Assembly (NCBI GenBank): GCA_964406095.1
Contig: CAYOQJ010000120.1
Coordinates: 10,403 to 74,402 of the forward strand
Reading direction: 5' to 3'
Length of the DNA stretch: 64,000 nucleotides
DNA from: an uncultured Lentisphaeraceae bacterium
GTDB taxonomy: Bacteria > Verrucomicrobiota > Kiritimatiellia > RFP12 > UBA1067
Shown: positions 9,273 to 18,814 of the stretch, piece by piece
How the letters are laid out: each line of letters opens with the position of its first letter
How positions within the stretch are numbered: the stretch's first letter is position 1
Position numbers and translations under genes: made by a program
Notes under the pieces: generated by a model
The model's database searches: none
The model's input: only the letters and a program-made list of their open reading frames with translations
What the model was told of the DNA's origin: nothing

Positions 9273-10901
9273 TCATTGCGTTCTGACCAGTAGAACCCAG
9301 TCGTTGGCATCCGGTTTTTCAGGCACCTTGAATTCGCCTTTCTCTGTAACGGGTTCCGTTATTGTTGCTGTCCACCTTCCGGTGCGCGGATCAAACCAGC
9401 GTGCCTCATAGGATGCGTTCTTCTTCATGTTGAAGAGCGTCCCGCACGCTGTCGCACCGTAGCAGTAAGCAACATAAAGCTGATTGTCGAGCGTGGCCAG
9501 GACACACCGCTCGTTATCTTCCCAGCGTGCCCAGGCAGCATTGTTGAAACGCGGTGTGAGTTTGGTCCATGGCAGCGCCACAAAAAATTCTTTCATGACA
9601 CGCATCTGAGCAACACCCGGCAGTTTCATCCCCGCATGCCAGCTCGAAATTGCTTGGTTATAACTCTTCCAACGTGTGTCGGCGTCATTCCACTTCAACG
9701 CCCATACGCCAGCGGCACCGTATGTGTAGCCCGCACAGCCGCAGAGCATCGCCTTCCATGCCGAGCGCCGCGTCTCTCCGGTTGTAACAACCCCGCCGCA
9801 ATGGATGCCCTCATACATTGCTTCAGTTTCAAGAACCGGCTTCACCGGTCTGAAATTGTAGTATCCTGCATAACGCGACTGCGGTGTGAGTCCGCTGTTG
9901 CGATGACCTCCCTGCAGCGCGAACCAGGTGTGCCAAGATTTATTGCCGAGCGGGCGCACATCGACGTCAACCACCCACTGATGACCTGAATGAGGCTGAC
10001 GATAACTGTTGCAGAGCGCGATCTCTTTCGCGACCGCATTCCATACTTCACACCGGTTGCGTCCGCGCTCTTCGGGGGCGTTGATCTCCTGCCCCGTGAT
10101 CCAGACCACCGGATGGGTGCCGTAGCGTGCAACCAGATAGCGCGCCCAGCGACGCAAATCTGCCGCAGGAATGCGCGTGGAGCTGGCAAAGTGTCCCAAT
10201 CCCAAAGCAATGACATAACCCTCTGCGGCCAGATAGTTCATTTGAATATCAAAAACCGCTTCAAAACGCGCGGGATCAATTTGCGAGAAACGCTTGATCC
10301 ACCAGTGTGGATTTTCAACATGAGGATAGGTTTGATAGACAGTGAAACCGAGTATTTTGCGGTTGTGCGCCAGGTGCTGAAACTGCCCTCCGAACGGGCA
10401 ACTCCCGTCCGGGTGCTCAGGGTGGTTGCAGAGATCGACACGCTCCGTATCCGGCATCTGCCAGTGGGTGTCGGCCAGCCAGAAAAAAGGCGTGCCGTCC
10501 GCGTGACAAAAATATCTGCTGTTGTCGCTTACCCGTAGAAATCCGTGACGGTAAAGCGGTAATGTGCCGTTGTATGATACGCATTGTAGCGAGCCGGCAC
10601 GCGCATGCAGACCGCCGTCGCTTTCAGATGAACAGATTGTGCGCCAGTGCCATTCGCCTGCCGCGGTAGGGGCGAAGCGCACCGTCCAACGACTGCCGCC
10701 GCGCCAAAACGCTTCACGTTCGATACGCTCTCCCTGCGGTCCGATGAAGGTTGCCGCGACAGTTACATCAGCATAGGGGTTGGTATATCTTTGATGAGCG
10801 GTAAAATCAATTTCAGTTATGTGCCATTGCGGCACCTCGACACTGAAGCAACGGCAGACTGCTGTAGTAAGAAGCAGAATAGATATTTTTTTGATCACCA
10901 T
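9273..10901 (-). CDS. glycoside hydrolase family 140-like (DUF5060 + DUF4038 architecture)
   Basis: 542 aa with a signal peptide. The N-terminal beta-sandwich pattern is FTAHQRYTNPYADVTVAATFIGPQG...FWRGGSRWTVRFAPTAAGEWHW, followed by DGTPFFWLADTHWQ, which is typical of DUF4038/GH140. Confidence 0.75.
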   Translation of the reverse strand: MVIKKISILLLTTAVCRCFSVEVPQWHITEIDFTAHQRYTNPYADVTVAATFIGPQGERIEREAFWRGGSRWTVRFAPTAAGEWHWRTICSSESDGGLHARAGSLQCVSYNGTLPLYRHGFLRVSDNSRYFCHADGTPFFWLADTHWQMPDTERVDLCNHPEHPDGSCPFGGQFQHLAHNRKILGFTVYQTYPHVENPHWWIKRFSQIDPARFEAVFDIQMNYLAAEGYVIALGLGHFASSTRIPAADLRRWARYLVARYGTHPVVWITGQEINAPEERGRNRCEVWNAVAKEIALCNSYRQPHSGHQWVVDVDVRPLGNKSWHTWFALQGGHRNSGLTPQSRYAGYYNFRPVKPVLETEAMYEGIHCGGVVTTGETRRSAWKAMLCGCAGYTYGAAGVWALKWNDADTRWKSYNQAISSWHAGMKLPGVAQMRVMKEFFVALPWTKLTPRFNNAAWARWEDNERCVLATLDNQLYVAYCYGATACGTLFNMKKNASYEARWFDPRTGRWTATITEPVTEKGEFKVPEKPDANDWVLLVRTQ

Positions 10902-11058
10902 GTTGGAAATGCTACCACAAAGTCGATTATCCTGTTAGGACGGAATTGACTTTCTGATTAGGCTGAAATTTAACAGTTTGGCGATACCTCTGTATGCGTT
11001 GAGAAAAAGAATAACTTAGACATGATTACATGATTAACAAGATGCAATTACTGTCATG

Positions 11059-11955
11059 TTAATCACCGATGACCGAAAGAAAGCGTTGTCGGTAGTGCGT
11101 GGGGGAGACACCGAATTTATGTCGGAAACGTCGGCTGAAATGGTTGGGATCCGGCCAGCCTACTATGGCACCAATCTCACTGACCGGTGCAGTGGTTCTG
11201 CGCAGCAGAGCGGCGGCCAACTCGGCCCGGCGTCCCGCGATGTAGGCGATCGGCGGCACACCGACTGTTTTATGAAAAAGACGCACGAAATAGGTTGGTT
11301 CCACATGCACACGCGCCGCAAGTTTGCTAAGTGTCCACTGTTCAGCGGGGTGGGCCTCGATCAGTTGAATGGCTTGGGCAACGGCCGGATGCCTGCCGGA
11401 GGTGGCCGACCTGATATGTTCTTTCGGCAGATGCCGCCCCAGTACTCCGAGAAACTGGATCAGCAGACCAAGTTCATCCGCGAATGCTTCAACAGGATTT
11501 CTGTTGGCCAGGCGATGCAGATTATCAAGCAGTTGACGGCAGCGCCTGAGCTCATATGACGGCAGGTGCAGGGTCACCAGGCTGTGCTGTTCCGGCGAGA
11601 GCGGGATAAACCACAGCAGCGAACCGAGCAGAGGATGGTTTACCGTCCAGGCCAGCTCTTGCGCCAGCAGAGAGCTGTCGAAACAGCAGTTGTACAGGTT
11701 CAGGTTGTCGACATCTTTCAATGAGTGCCAGGCACCCGGACGAAAAAGGAAAACATCTCCGGCCACCGTTCGGATTGCTCCGTGTGAAGTGTGTTGCAAA
11801 CAGGTGCCTCCCACTACCAGTTGAATCTCGATAAAGGTGTGATCGTGTGCGGGATAGTCGGGATGAGAAGCAACGTAATTAGCCTCGATGCGGTTGCGGG
11901 AAGAAAAAAAATGATCCCAATGCGCCTGATCAATCTGTTTGTTGCTTACTCTCAT
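11059..11955 (-). CDS. AraC family transcriptional regulator (cupin + HTH)
   Basis: 298 aa. The N-terminal cupin-like segment is HDHTFIEIQLVVGG. The C-terminal AraC HTH is LSKLAARVHVEPTYFVRLFHK...IGAIVGWPDPNHFSRRFRHKFGVSP. Confidence 0.9.
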   Translation of the reverse strand: MRVSNKQIDQAHWDHFFSSRNRIEANYVASHPDYPAHDHTFIEIQLVVGGTCLQHTSHGAIRTVAGDVFLFRPGAWHSLKDVDNLNLYNCCFDSSLLAQELAWTVNHPLLGSLLWFIPLSPEQHSLVTLHLPSYELRRCRQLLDNLHRLANRNPVEAFADELGLLIQFLGVLGRHLPKEHIRSATSGRHPAVAQAIQLIEAHPAEQWTLSKLAARVHVEPTYFVRLFHKTVGVPPIAYIAGRRAELAAALLRRTTAPVSEIGAIVGWPDPNHFSRRFRHKFGVSPTHYRQRFLSVIGD

Positions 11956-12181
11956 CGCAGCTCCTGTTGTATAGATGACTGTCCGTCAGATACCTCGCCT
12001 GTTGGATTTTCTTAATCGACAATCCGCACCGAATGGGTTTGATTGTAACCGGATTGGCGCAATTTCTCCAACAGATTCGGCGGACAAATCGACCGGCAGG
12101 CATCTTCTTTCGTAAAAAGTTCCTTTCGGTTGCGGGTTGCGGCGAATCTGGGTTACAATGCAGTGCAAATCAGGAGCGGGC

Positions 12182-14287
12182 ATGGCAGTTATCTTAAAAG
12201 TGGAACGCAGGAGCGTGAAGGCTAGAATTTTTCTGGCTCTGGTTTACACAGCCCTGTTGTCAGGTGGAATAACCATGTTGTGGCCCTTTATGGTTATGGT
12301 TTCAGCCTCGTTCACCTCCGCCTATGACTACCATCGTCATGCGCCGGCGGTGCGGGCTTTTTGGAGTCGCAGCGACCGTTTCATGCGTTATTTAGCGAGT
12401 TGTTTCGACCGTTTTCCGGTTGAATTTTATCCGCAGGTGCCCGCTCAATGGGGCAGCTGGGTGGCGGTTTCGCGGGATGAAGATGGTTGTCGGGAATTCG
12501 CCCGGGCGGAGCTGGCAGCGATTGATGATCCTGAACGATATGCACGTCATGAATGTGCAGCAGCCGACTACTCCCGGTTCAATCTGGAGTATGACCCTTT
12601 CAACTCCGTCTGCAACTATGACGCACGTCATATTGCCCATTTCACGCGCGGTTATTTTGAACGGCGGTTGCAGCAGCAGGATCGGGCGGCCTATGATGCC
12701 ATGAATACCGCTGAAAAACACGCGGCGGCCCTGGCACTGCTGAACGAAGAGTGGACAATCCGCTATCAGAGCTTCTTCGGTATCAGGATGGTAGCGGAAC
12801 AGCGTGCTCCGCTACACCATGCCGGATGGGACTATCCGCCGGATAATTCCAAGTTTGAATTGTTTCAAAGTTTCAAACAGGCGTACCGGGAGTTAGAGTT
12901 TGAAAGCGGCTGCATGGGTTGGCGGAGTTTTGCTGCGAAAAATGGAGGCAAAACTCATCGTAACCGTGAACGCTTCCGGGAGTATGCCGCACGTCACTGT
13001 CCGATGACGCCGGTTGTGCCCTATGCGTCACGTACTCTGTGGCTGCGGTTTCTGCAGCGACCCGATTCTCAGGTTAAACTCGGTTTCACGGAGCAGAATC
13101 TTTTTACGCCTGATAATTACTCCGCTGTAGCCGGACATTGCTGCAAAAATTTCACGATGTTACCTTTTCCTCTGCCCGCGGAATCATCGGAAGCGATCAG
13201 AACGCTTTGGAATAATTTTGTGCACCACTCCTATCCGCGGCGTCTGCTGCGTGTCAGATCAGATGCCGCGCTGGAGGCTGATTACCAGAGATATATCCGT
13301 GATCTGTGTAAAAGTATCGATGTATATAACCAGCTGAGTGAACAGACGGTCGCCTCTTTCGAGGATATCCGTCTTAACGCTTATGAGAACAGCACACTCT
13401 GGCGTAATTTTATCCCACAAGTGCCGTTGAGCAAACTTGAGGTATTAAGTGCCGAAAAGGAATGGCAGAGTTTTATCCTGACAAAATACGGATCGTTGGA
13501 TCAAATAAATAACGCTTACGGGTGGAAACTGAATATGATCGAGGAGGTTCGTTTTCCCATCCCTGAAGCGGTGGCTGTAACCTTCAAAAAACATGGCTGG
13601 CGTAAATTTATTTCGGGGATCAGCACCAATTACCGTATGGTGGGGGAGTATCTGTTTTTACGTGGCCGTGCTTTCGGCAACACCCTGTTGCTGGTGGTGC
13701 TTTCGGTTCTCGCTACCCTGACCGTCAATCCGTTGGCGGCCTACGCGCTCTCCCGTTTCGGTTTGCGATCCACAGAAAAGATTCTGCTCTTTCTGCTGGC
13801 GACCATGGCATTTCCTGCTGCGGTGACGGCCATTCCAGGATTCCTTCTGATCCGCGACCTCGGGCTCTTGAACACCTTTGCCGCCTTGGTTCTGCCTACC
13901 CTCGCCAGCGGCATGTCGATATTCATACTTAAAGGATTCTTTGACGGACTTCCGCGTGAATTGTACGAGGCCGCCACAGTTGACGGGGCTAAAGAGTGGC
14001 AGATATTTTTAAGAATCACCCTGCCGATGACCACGCCGATTCTGGCTGTCAATGCTCTGCACTCTTTTGTGGCAGCGTACAACAGCTGGGAGTGGGCTTT
14101 GCTTGTATGTCAGAAACAGAGCCACTGGACGCTGGCGGTCTGGATGTATCAGATGAGTCAGCAGTTCGGCGGCGAACCATGGGCGGTAATGGCCGGCTTC
14201 GTGATGGTTTCAATTCCAACCGCAGTCGTGTTCATTGCCTGTCAGAAAATCATTCTGCGCGGTATTGTGCTGCCGAGTATGAAGTAG
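12182..14287 (+). CDS. carbohydrate ABC transporter permease (MalG-like) with a ~450-aa insertion after TM1
   Basis: The C-terminal ~200 aa form a typical MalG-type core with the EAA loop (EAATVDGAKEWQIFLRITLPM). The N-terminal TM1 is IFLALVYTALLSGGITMLWPFMVMV. I prefer the ATG at 12182 (AGGAG 7 nt upstream) over the TTG at 12137 in the ORF track. Confidence 0.8.
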   Translation: MAVILKVERRSVKARIFLALVYTALLSGGITMLWPFMVMVSASFTSAYDYHRHAPAVRAFWSRSDRFMRYLASCFDRFPVEFYPQVPAQWGSWVAVSRDEDGCREFARAELAAIDDPERYARHECAAADYSRFNLEYDPFNSVCNYDARHIAHFTRGYFERRLQQQDRAAYDAMNTAEKHAAALALLNEEWTIRYQSFFGIRMVAEQRAPLHHAGWDYPPDNSKFELFQSFKQAYRELEFESGCMGWRSFAAKNGGKTHRNRERFREYAARHCPMTPVVPYASRTLWLRFLQRPDSQVKLGFTEQNLFTPDNYSAVAGHCCKNFTMLPFPLPAESSEAIRTLWNNFVHHSYPRRLLRVRSDAALEADYQRYIRDLCKSIDVYNQLSEQTVASFEDIRLNAYENSTLWRNFIPQVPLSKLEVLSAEKEWQSFILTKYGSLDQINNAYGWKLNMIEEVRFPIPEAVAVTFKKHGWRKFISGISTNYRMVGEYLFLRGRAFGNTLLLVVLSVLATLTVNPLAAYALSRFGLRSTEKILLFLLATMAFPAAVTAIPGFLLIRDLGLLNTFAALVLPTLASGMSIFILKGFFDGLPRELYEAATVDGAKEWQIFLRITLPMTTPILAVNALHSFVAAYNSWEWALLVCQKQSHWTLAVWMYQMSQQFGGEPWAVMAGFVMVSIPTAVVFIACQKIILRGIVLPSMK

Positions 14288-14503
14288 ACAACGCTGAGTA
14301 CGCCTGTTTCATGGATCATCGGCAGTTTCGCGTAAAGTTACATACATCAGAGTGACGGTAGCACTTCATCGGCACCCCTGCGCAGATCATACTTGGTATA
14401 TGATTTGAAAAAATTCGCCCTTGAACTTTAGCGGTGCGCAGGGTATCCTAACACCCACGGGAGTTTTTATTCCTGCATCCCGGTAGGGTGCTGTTGAGGG
14501 AGA

Positions 14504-15487
14504 ATGTTATTTATTATGCGTAAAACTCTAGCTTTAATTTTAGCACTGACCGTTCAGAATCTTCATGCGGATAGCCGATTAAGGGCATTGATCATCGATG
14601 GACAGAACAATCATAACGCCTGGCCTAAAACCACAATCATGATGCGCGACTACCTTGAAAAGTCAGGCCGCTTCAAAGTGGATGTGGCACGCACAAAATA
14701 CACTTGGAAGGGTGACCGCTACCGTGAGTACCTCGCTTTGGCAAATACTGCAAAGAGCAAGGAGCTGAAAGCACCCAGACATGATCCGGATTTCAAACCC
14801 GATTTCGCCGCATATGATGTGGTCATCAACAATTTCGGCTGTAACGCGGCTGAGTGGCCCAAGACCACAAAAAAGGCATTTGAAGAATATATGCGCGGCG
14901 GCGGAGGCATGGTGGTGGTGCATGCGGCTAACAACTGCTTCCCGAAATGGCATGAGTATAACCGGATGATCGGATTAGGCGGATGGGGAGGACGCAATGC
15001 TGCTCATGGGCCCTATGTTTATTACAACAATGCCGGTGCGGTAGTTCGTGATCCTGCGCCAGGCAGATGCGGGGCACATGGTAAACGCTCGGAATTTCTG
15101 ATAACAATGCGGAACTTAAGTCATCCCGTGACACGCGGTCTGCCGCGTGAATGGCGCACTTCACTCGATGAGTGCTACTCGTTTCTGCGCGGCCCGGCTG
15201 AGAATATGACCATTCTTGCAACAGCCTGCGACAGAGATGAACTGCGGCAGGCGGGACGTCACGAACCGATGCTGATGACGATTGAATACGGCAAGGGAAG
15301 GATTTTTCATACCTGTCTTGGCCATGATGATCGCAGTTGTGAGGGCATCGGCTTTATCGTTACATTGCTGCGCGGCACCGAGTGGGCTGCCTGCGGACAG
15401 GTCACAATTCCGGTTCCGTCAGATTTTCCTGACAGTGAACAAACTGCCTACCGAAACTGGCAAGATCCCTTGCGAAATACAAAATAA
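14504..15487 (+). CDS. ThuA domain-containing protein (secreted)
   Basis: 327 aa with a signal peptide (LALILALTVQNLHA). ThuA-like pattern: ALIIDGQNNHNAWPKTT ... MVVVHAANN ... FHTCLGHD. An alternative start lies at 14516. Confidence 0.75.
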   Translation: MLFIMRKTLALILALTVQNLHADSRLRALIIDGQNNHNAWPKTTIMMRDYLEKSGRFKVDVARTKYTWKGDRYREYLALANTAKSKELKAPRHDPDFKPDFAAYDVVINNFGCNAAEWPKTTKKAFEEYMRGGGGMVVVHAANNCFPKWHEYNRMIGLGGWGGRNAAHGPYVYYNNAGAVVRDPAPGRCGAHGKRSEFLITMRNLSHPVTRGLPREWRTSLDECYSFLRGPAENMTILATACDRDELRQAGRHEPMLMTIEYGKGRIFHTCLGHDDRSCEGIGFIVTLLRGTEWAACGQVTIPVPSDFPDSEQTAYRNWQDPLRNTK

Positions 15488-15591
15488 ACATATTGCTCTC
15501 CGCCAACCCGATGCACAGCAGATTTTGGCCACCCCGTCCAGAAAACGCCGGTTCTTAAGATGTGGTATCTGTGCGACGAAACCAGCGGTCT

Positions 15592-16701
15592 TCATGAGTC
15601 ATCATCGGCCAGCAACTCACGCCGCCAGCCGCTGGCTAATCCGGGAGTGCCGCCCCGGTTGAAGTTGCGGTAAAGAATATAGGCTTCCGCGTCGGCACGG
15701 CTGGCGACCAATGCCGGGTCAATCCCGCGCTTTTCAGCTTTTTCGCGGATGCGGCGCAGCAGAGCGTTTGTGCGGGCTTTCAAATCTTTGAAACGTGCTG
15801 CCGGATTTTCCGCCGACGGGCACTCCGCCTCAGGACAGACTGATCCGGTGTATATCGCCTGCGCGATCTGCCGGGCGTAGAGTGTAGGCAGATTGCGCGG
15901 CAGTAAACCCGTTTTGCTTATATCATCTCCGCTGCGTGGTTGTGAATGTGCCAGTTCGATGAGGGCACTGTCGCTCATAACACGTCTGCGGGGCAGATTA
16001 CGTCGGCGCGCAGTATTCTCGCGCCAAGCTGCCGTTTCACGCAGTACGGCTAGCTCGCGACATGTAAGATGTCTTGCACCCTTAACTCGGAGATACATTT
16101 CGCGTGGATCGCGCTCAAGATATGTTGCGGCCTTGTCAAGTAGCGAGTTTTCCTCCTGTATCCAGGCGAGAATCTGTCTGTCACCACACCGATTGATGAG
16201 CGCCATATGCAAATCAGCAAGGTAAACCACATCCTCGGCGGCATACTCAAGCTGACCGGTACTCAATGGACGTCGTATCCAGTTTGACCGGGTCTCGGTT
16301 TTGGCGATTTCGACCTTGAGTACCTGCGCTAGAAGATTCTGTAGAGAGGTCGTAGCACTGAATCCGCAGAATCCGGCTGATAATCGGGTGTCAAATATAT
16401 TGCATGGTTTGGCGGCGGCGGTGCGTGCCAGTATGCCGAGATCCTGCGGGGCGTCGTGTAGAATCTTAACGGTTGTTTCACTTTCCAGCAACGGCCTGAG
16501 AATATGCAGGTTTTTAAGCATCACTGCGTCAATCAAATGACACCGACCATCAGCATCGGCTATTTGGACCAATCCTAGAATCGGATAATAGGTACTCTCC
16601 CAAAAGAACTCCGTGTCAATCGCAACAACTTCCTGCTTTAACAGCTCAGCACACAAACCTTTTAACTCTTTTTGCGATGTGACTAATTCAATATGCGGCA
16701 C
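15592..16701 (-). CDS. rnd: ribonuclease D
   Basis: 369 aa with a DEDDy 3'-5' exonuclease N-terminus (VAIDTEF...LGLVQIA, HDAPQDL, YAAEDVVYL) and an HRDC-like segment (RETAAWRENTARRRNLPRRRVMSD). Confidence 0.88.
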   Translation of the reverse strand: MPHIELVTSQKELKGLCAELLKQEVVAIDTEFFWESTYYPILGLVQIADADGRCHLIDAVMLKNLHILRPLLESETTVKILHDAPQDLGILARTAAAKPCNIFDTRLSAGFCGFSATTSLQNLLAQVLKVEIAKTETRSNWIRRPLSTGQLEYAAEDVVYLADLHMALINRCGDRQILAWIQEENSLLDKAATYLERDPREMYLRVKGARHLTCRELAVLRETAAWRENTARRRNLPRRRVMSDSALIELAHSQPRSGDDISKTGLLPRNLPTLYARQIAQAIYTGSVCPEAECPSAENPAARFKDLKARTNALLRRIREKAEKRGIDPALVASRADAEAYILYRNFNRGGTPGLASGWRRELLADDDS

Positions 16702-16744
16702 TTTGGTACCTTTCCTTGGTTGTGAAAGCTCAGTTTCCGCCGGG

Positions 16745-18118
16745 TCAGTTCAGAAGACTGTGAATCGGTGCGGGAATGTGTCCACCACGTCGTATGAATG
16801 TTTCCGCTCCAGATGGGCAGACCGGCGTGGTGACCGTACCCGAGCCGAAGAGTCCGCCGAAATCAATCCGATCGCCCCGAGTTGCTCCGGGAACCGGAAT
16901 GGCACGTACACCGGTCGTCTTGCGGTTGGTGATGCCGATCGCGGCTTCATCTAAAATCAGTCCTGCAATTGTTTCTGCGGAGGTGTCGCCCGGAAGTAGA
17001 ATCATGTCAAGGCCTACCGAACAGACCGCCGTCATGGCTTCCAGTTTCTCCAGAGTCAAAGTGCCCTCTGTTACAGCTTTTGAAAGCGCATGATCCTCCA
17101 TAACCGGGATGAATGCCCCGGAGAGTCCGCCCACCGCACTGGAGGCGAAAGCACCCCCTTTCTTGACTGCGTCATTCAAAAGCATCACCGCCGTTGTGGT
17201 GCCCGGTGCGCCAATTGATTCAATGCCCATTGCCTGGTAAATTTCACCGACACTGTCACCAACCCTCGGAGTGGGTGCCAGCGATAAATCAACAATCCCG
17301 AAAGGGATTTCCAGCATCCTGGCGACCTCTCTGCCGATCAGCTCACCGGTGCGCGTAACACGGTAAGCGGTGTGCTTAATCTCCTCGGCAATTTCATCCA
17401 GTGTCGAGTCAGGATTTTTTTTCAACAAACGTTCAACCCCCCTTTTAACTACACCCGGACCGCTGACACCCACGTTGATAACACACTCCGGCTGGCCAGC
17501 TCCGAGCATGGCACCAGCCATAAAAGGGTTGTCTTCCGGCATGTTGGCGAACACAACGATCTTCGCACAGCCGAATCCGCCTGATTCAGCGGTGGCTTTG
17601 GATGTTTCAATAATTCTGTTGGCTATCATTACGACTGCGTCGACGTTGATTCCGGAACGGGTCGTGCCGACGTTGAAGGATGAGCAGATACGCGTGGTTG
17701 ATGCCAGTGCTTCGGGTAGCGCCTCGATTAGCGTGTGCTCACCATGCGTCATTCCTTTGTGAACCAGAGCTGAAAATCCTCCGAGCAGATCAATGCCGAC
17801 GGCGTTCGCCGCAGCATCCAGTGCCCGGCATACCTTGACGGCAGTTTCTGCGCAGTGCCCTTCAAGCAACGCGCTTACCGGCGAGACTGCAATACGTTTG
17901 TTTACAATGGGCAGTCCATACTTCGCGCTGATCTCATCACAAAAACGTACCTGATCAGCTGCCCTCTCCGTGATAAGCTTGTACACCGCTTCTGTCAGCC
18001 GCACGGGATCAGAGTCTGCGCATGCTGTCAGATTTATGCCCAAGGTTACAGTGCGTACGTCCAGGTTCTCTTCGCGCACCATTCTGATGGTAGAAATAAC
18101 ATCTTGTCTGGCGAACAT
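16745..18118 (-). CDS. PFL-like family protein (DUF711 / UPF0210)
   Basis: 457 aa. The N-terminus ISTIRMVREENLDVRTVTLGINL and the overall pattern match UPF0210 as I remember it. The start lies 1 nt after the stop of the upstream ACT gene. Confidence 0.85.
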   Translation of the reverse strand: MFARQDVISTIRMVREENLDVRTVTLGINLTACADSDPVRLTEAVYKLITERAADQVRFCDEISAKYGLPIVNKRIAVSPVSALLEGHCAETAVKVCRALDAAANAVGIDLLGGFSALVHKGMTHGEHTLIEALPEALASTTRICSSFNVGTTRSGINVDAVVMIANRIIETSKATAESGGFGCAKIVVFANMPEDNPFMAGAMLGAGQPECVINVGVSGPGVVKRGVERLLKKNPDSTLDEIAEEIKHTAYRVTRTGELIGREVARMLEIPFGIVDLSLAPTPRVGDSVGEIYQAMGIESIGAPGTTTAVMLLNDAVKKGGAFASSAVGGLSGAFIPVMEDHALSKAVTEGTLTLEKLEAMTAVCSVGLDMILLPGDTSAETIAGLILDEAAIGITNRKTTGVRAIPVPGATRGDRIDFGGLFGSGTVTTPVCPSGAETFIRRGGHIPAPIHSLLN

Positions 18119-18119
18119 A

Positions 18120-18701
18120 TCAATTTCCCGTCAGCGGTTTTACCGCACCGATTTCGTTGGTTGCTCTGAAAATATTCTCGTGCCATATCATGCCCATAAG
18201 TCCGATGGCGGCCATGCTGTTTTTGAACCTTTCTTGAATTCGGCGGAAATCTCTTGTGGCTGGAATTACAACCTGAGCGATGTAAATGATATCGCCTTCC
18301 TCTTCATCCACAATCCAATCTTCAATATTGATGTTATGCTCAACCAGAAACCCGCTGATGGCACAGATGGTTCCCGGCTTATCACGTCCGCGTGTCGTCA
18401 CAACGTAACGGGAGCCACCGACTTTTGGATCAAAGTAAACACACTGATCTTTCTCAAGCACGGTGATAACCGCACTCTCTTCAAGTGCGCTCGCCATAAT
18501 CGCTTTGAAGGCCTCCAGTGAAACTTCGTCCGGATGTACGGAGGTGAAAACAAGAGAGAAAAATCCGTCGACCAGCGTCTGCCGAATCTCGCCGATATTG
18601 CCCTCTAGCGCGAATACAGCCTGAGTTACATCGCGCAGCAAACCTACTCTGTCCGGTACGATGATAGAGGTTATAAATCGGTTTTCAGCTTGTGATTTCA
18701 T
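18120..18701 (-). CDS. ACT domain-containing protein (two tandem ACT-like domains)
   Basis: 193 aa with two beta-alpha-beta-beta-alpha-beta-like modules (IIVPDRVGLLRDVTQAVFALEGNI.. and TTRGRDKPGTICAISGFLVEHNINI..). Translationally coupled to the DUF711 gene. Confidence 0.75.
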   Translation of the reverse strand: MKSQAENRFITSIIVPDRVGLLRDVTQAVFALEGNIGEIRQTLVDGFFSLVFTSVHPDEVSLEAFKAIMASALEESAVITVLEKDQCVYFDPKVGGSRYVVTTRGRDKPGTICAISGFLVEHNINIEDWIVDEEEGDIIYIAQVVIPATRDFRRIQERFKNSMAAIGLMGMIWHENIFRATNEIGAVKPLTGN

Positions 18702-18738
18702 TGTGCGTGAATGTGCGGTAAAAACGAACAGCCTGGAG

Positions 18739-18814
18739 TGGAGCCAGCGGTGGGAGTCGAACCCGCGACCTGATCATTACGAATGACCTGCTCTACCAAC
18801 TGAGCTACGCTGGC
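18739..18814 (-). tRNA. tRNA-Thr (anticodon CGT)
   Basis: The reverse complement GCCAGCGTAGCTCAGTTGGTAGAGCAGGTCATTCGTAATGATCAGGTCGCGGGTTCGACTCCCACCGCTGGCTCCA folds as a cloverleaf. The anticodon loop is TTCGTAA. There is one C:A mismatch in the T-stem, and CCA is encoded. Confidence 0.8.

Noticed and set aside
4271-11000. A genomic island integrated at tRNA-His.
   Set aside because: There is no integrase, no transposase, and no direct repeat of the tRNA 3' end that I could spot. The composition looks similar to the flanks by eye.
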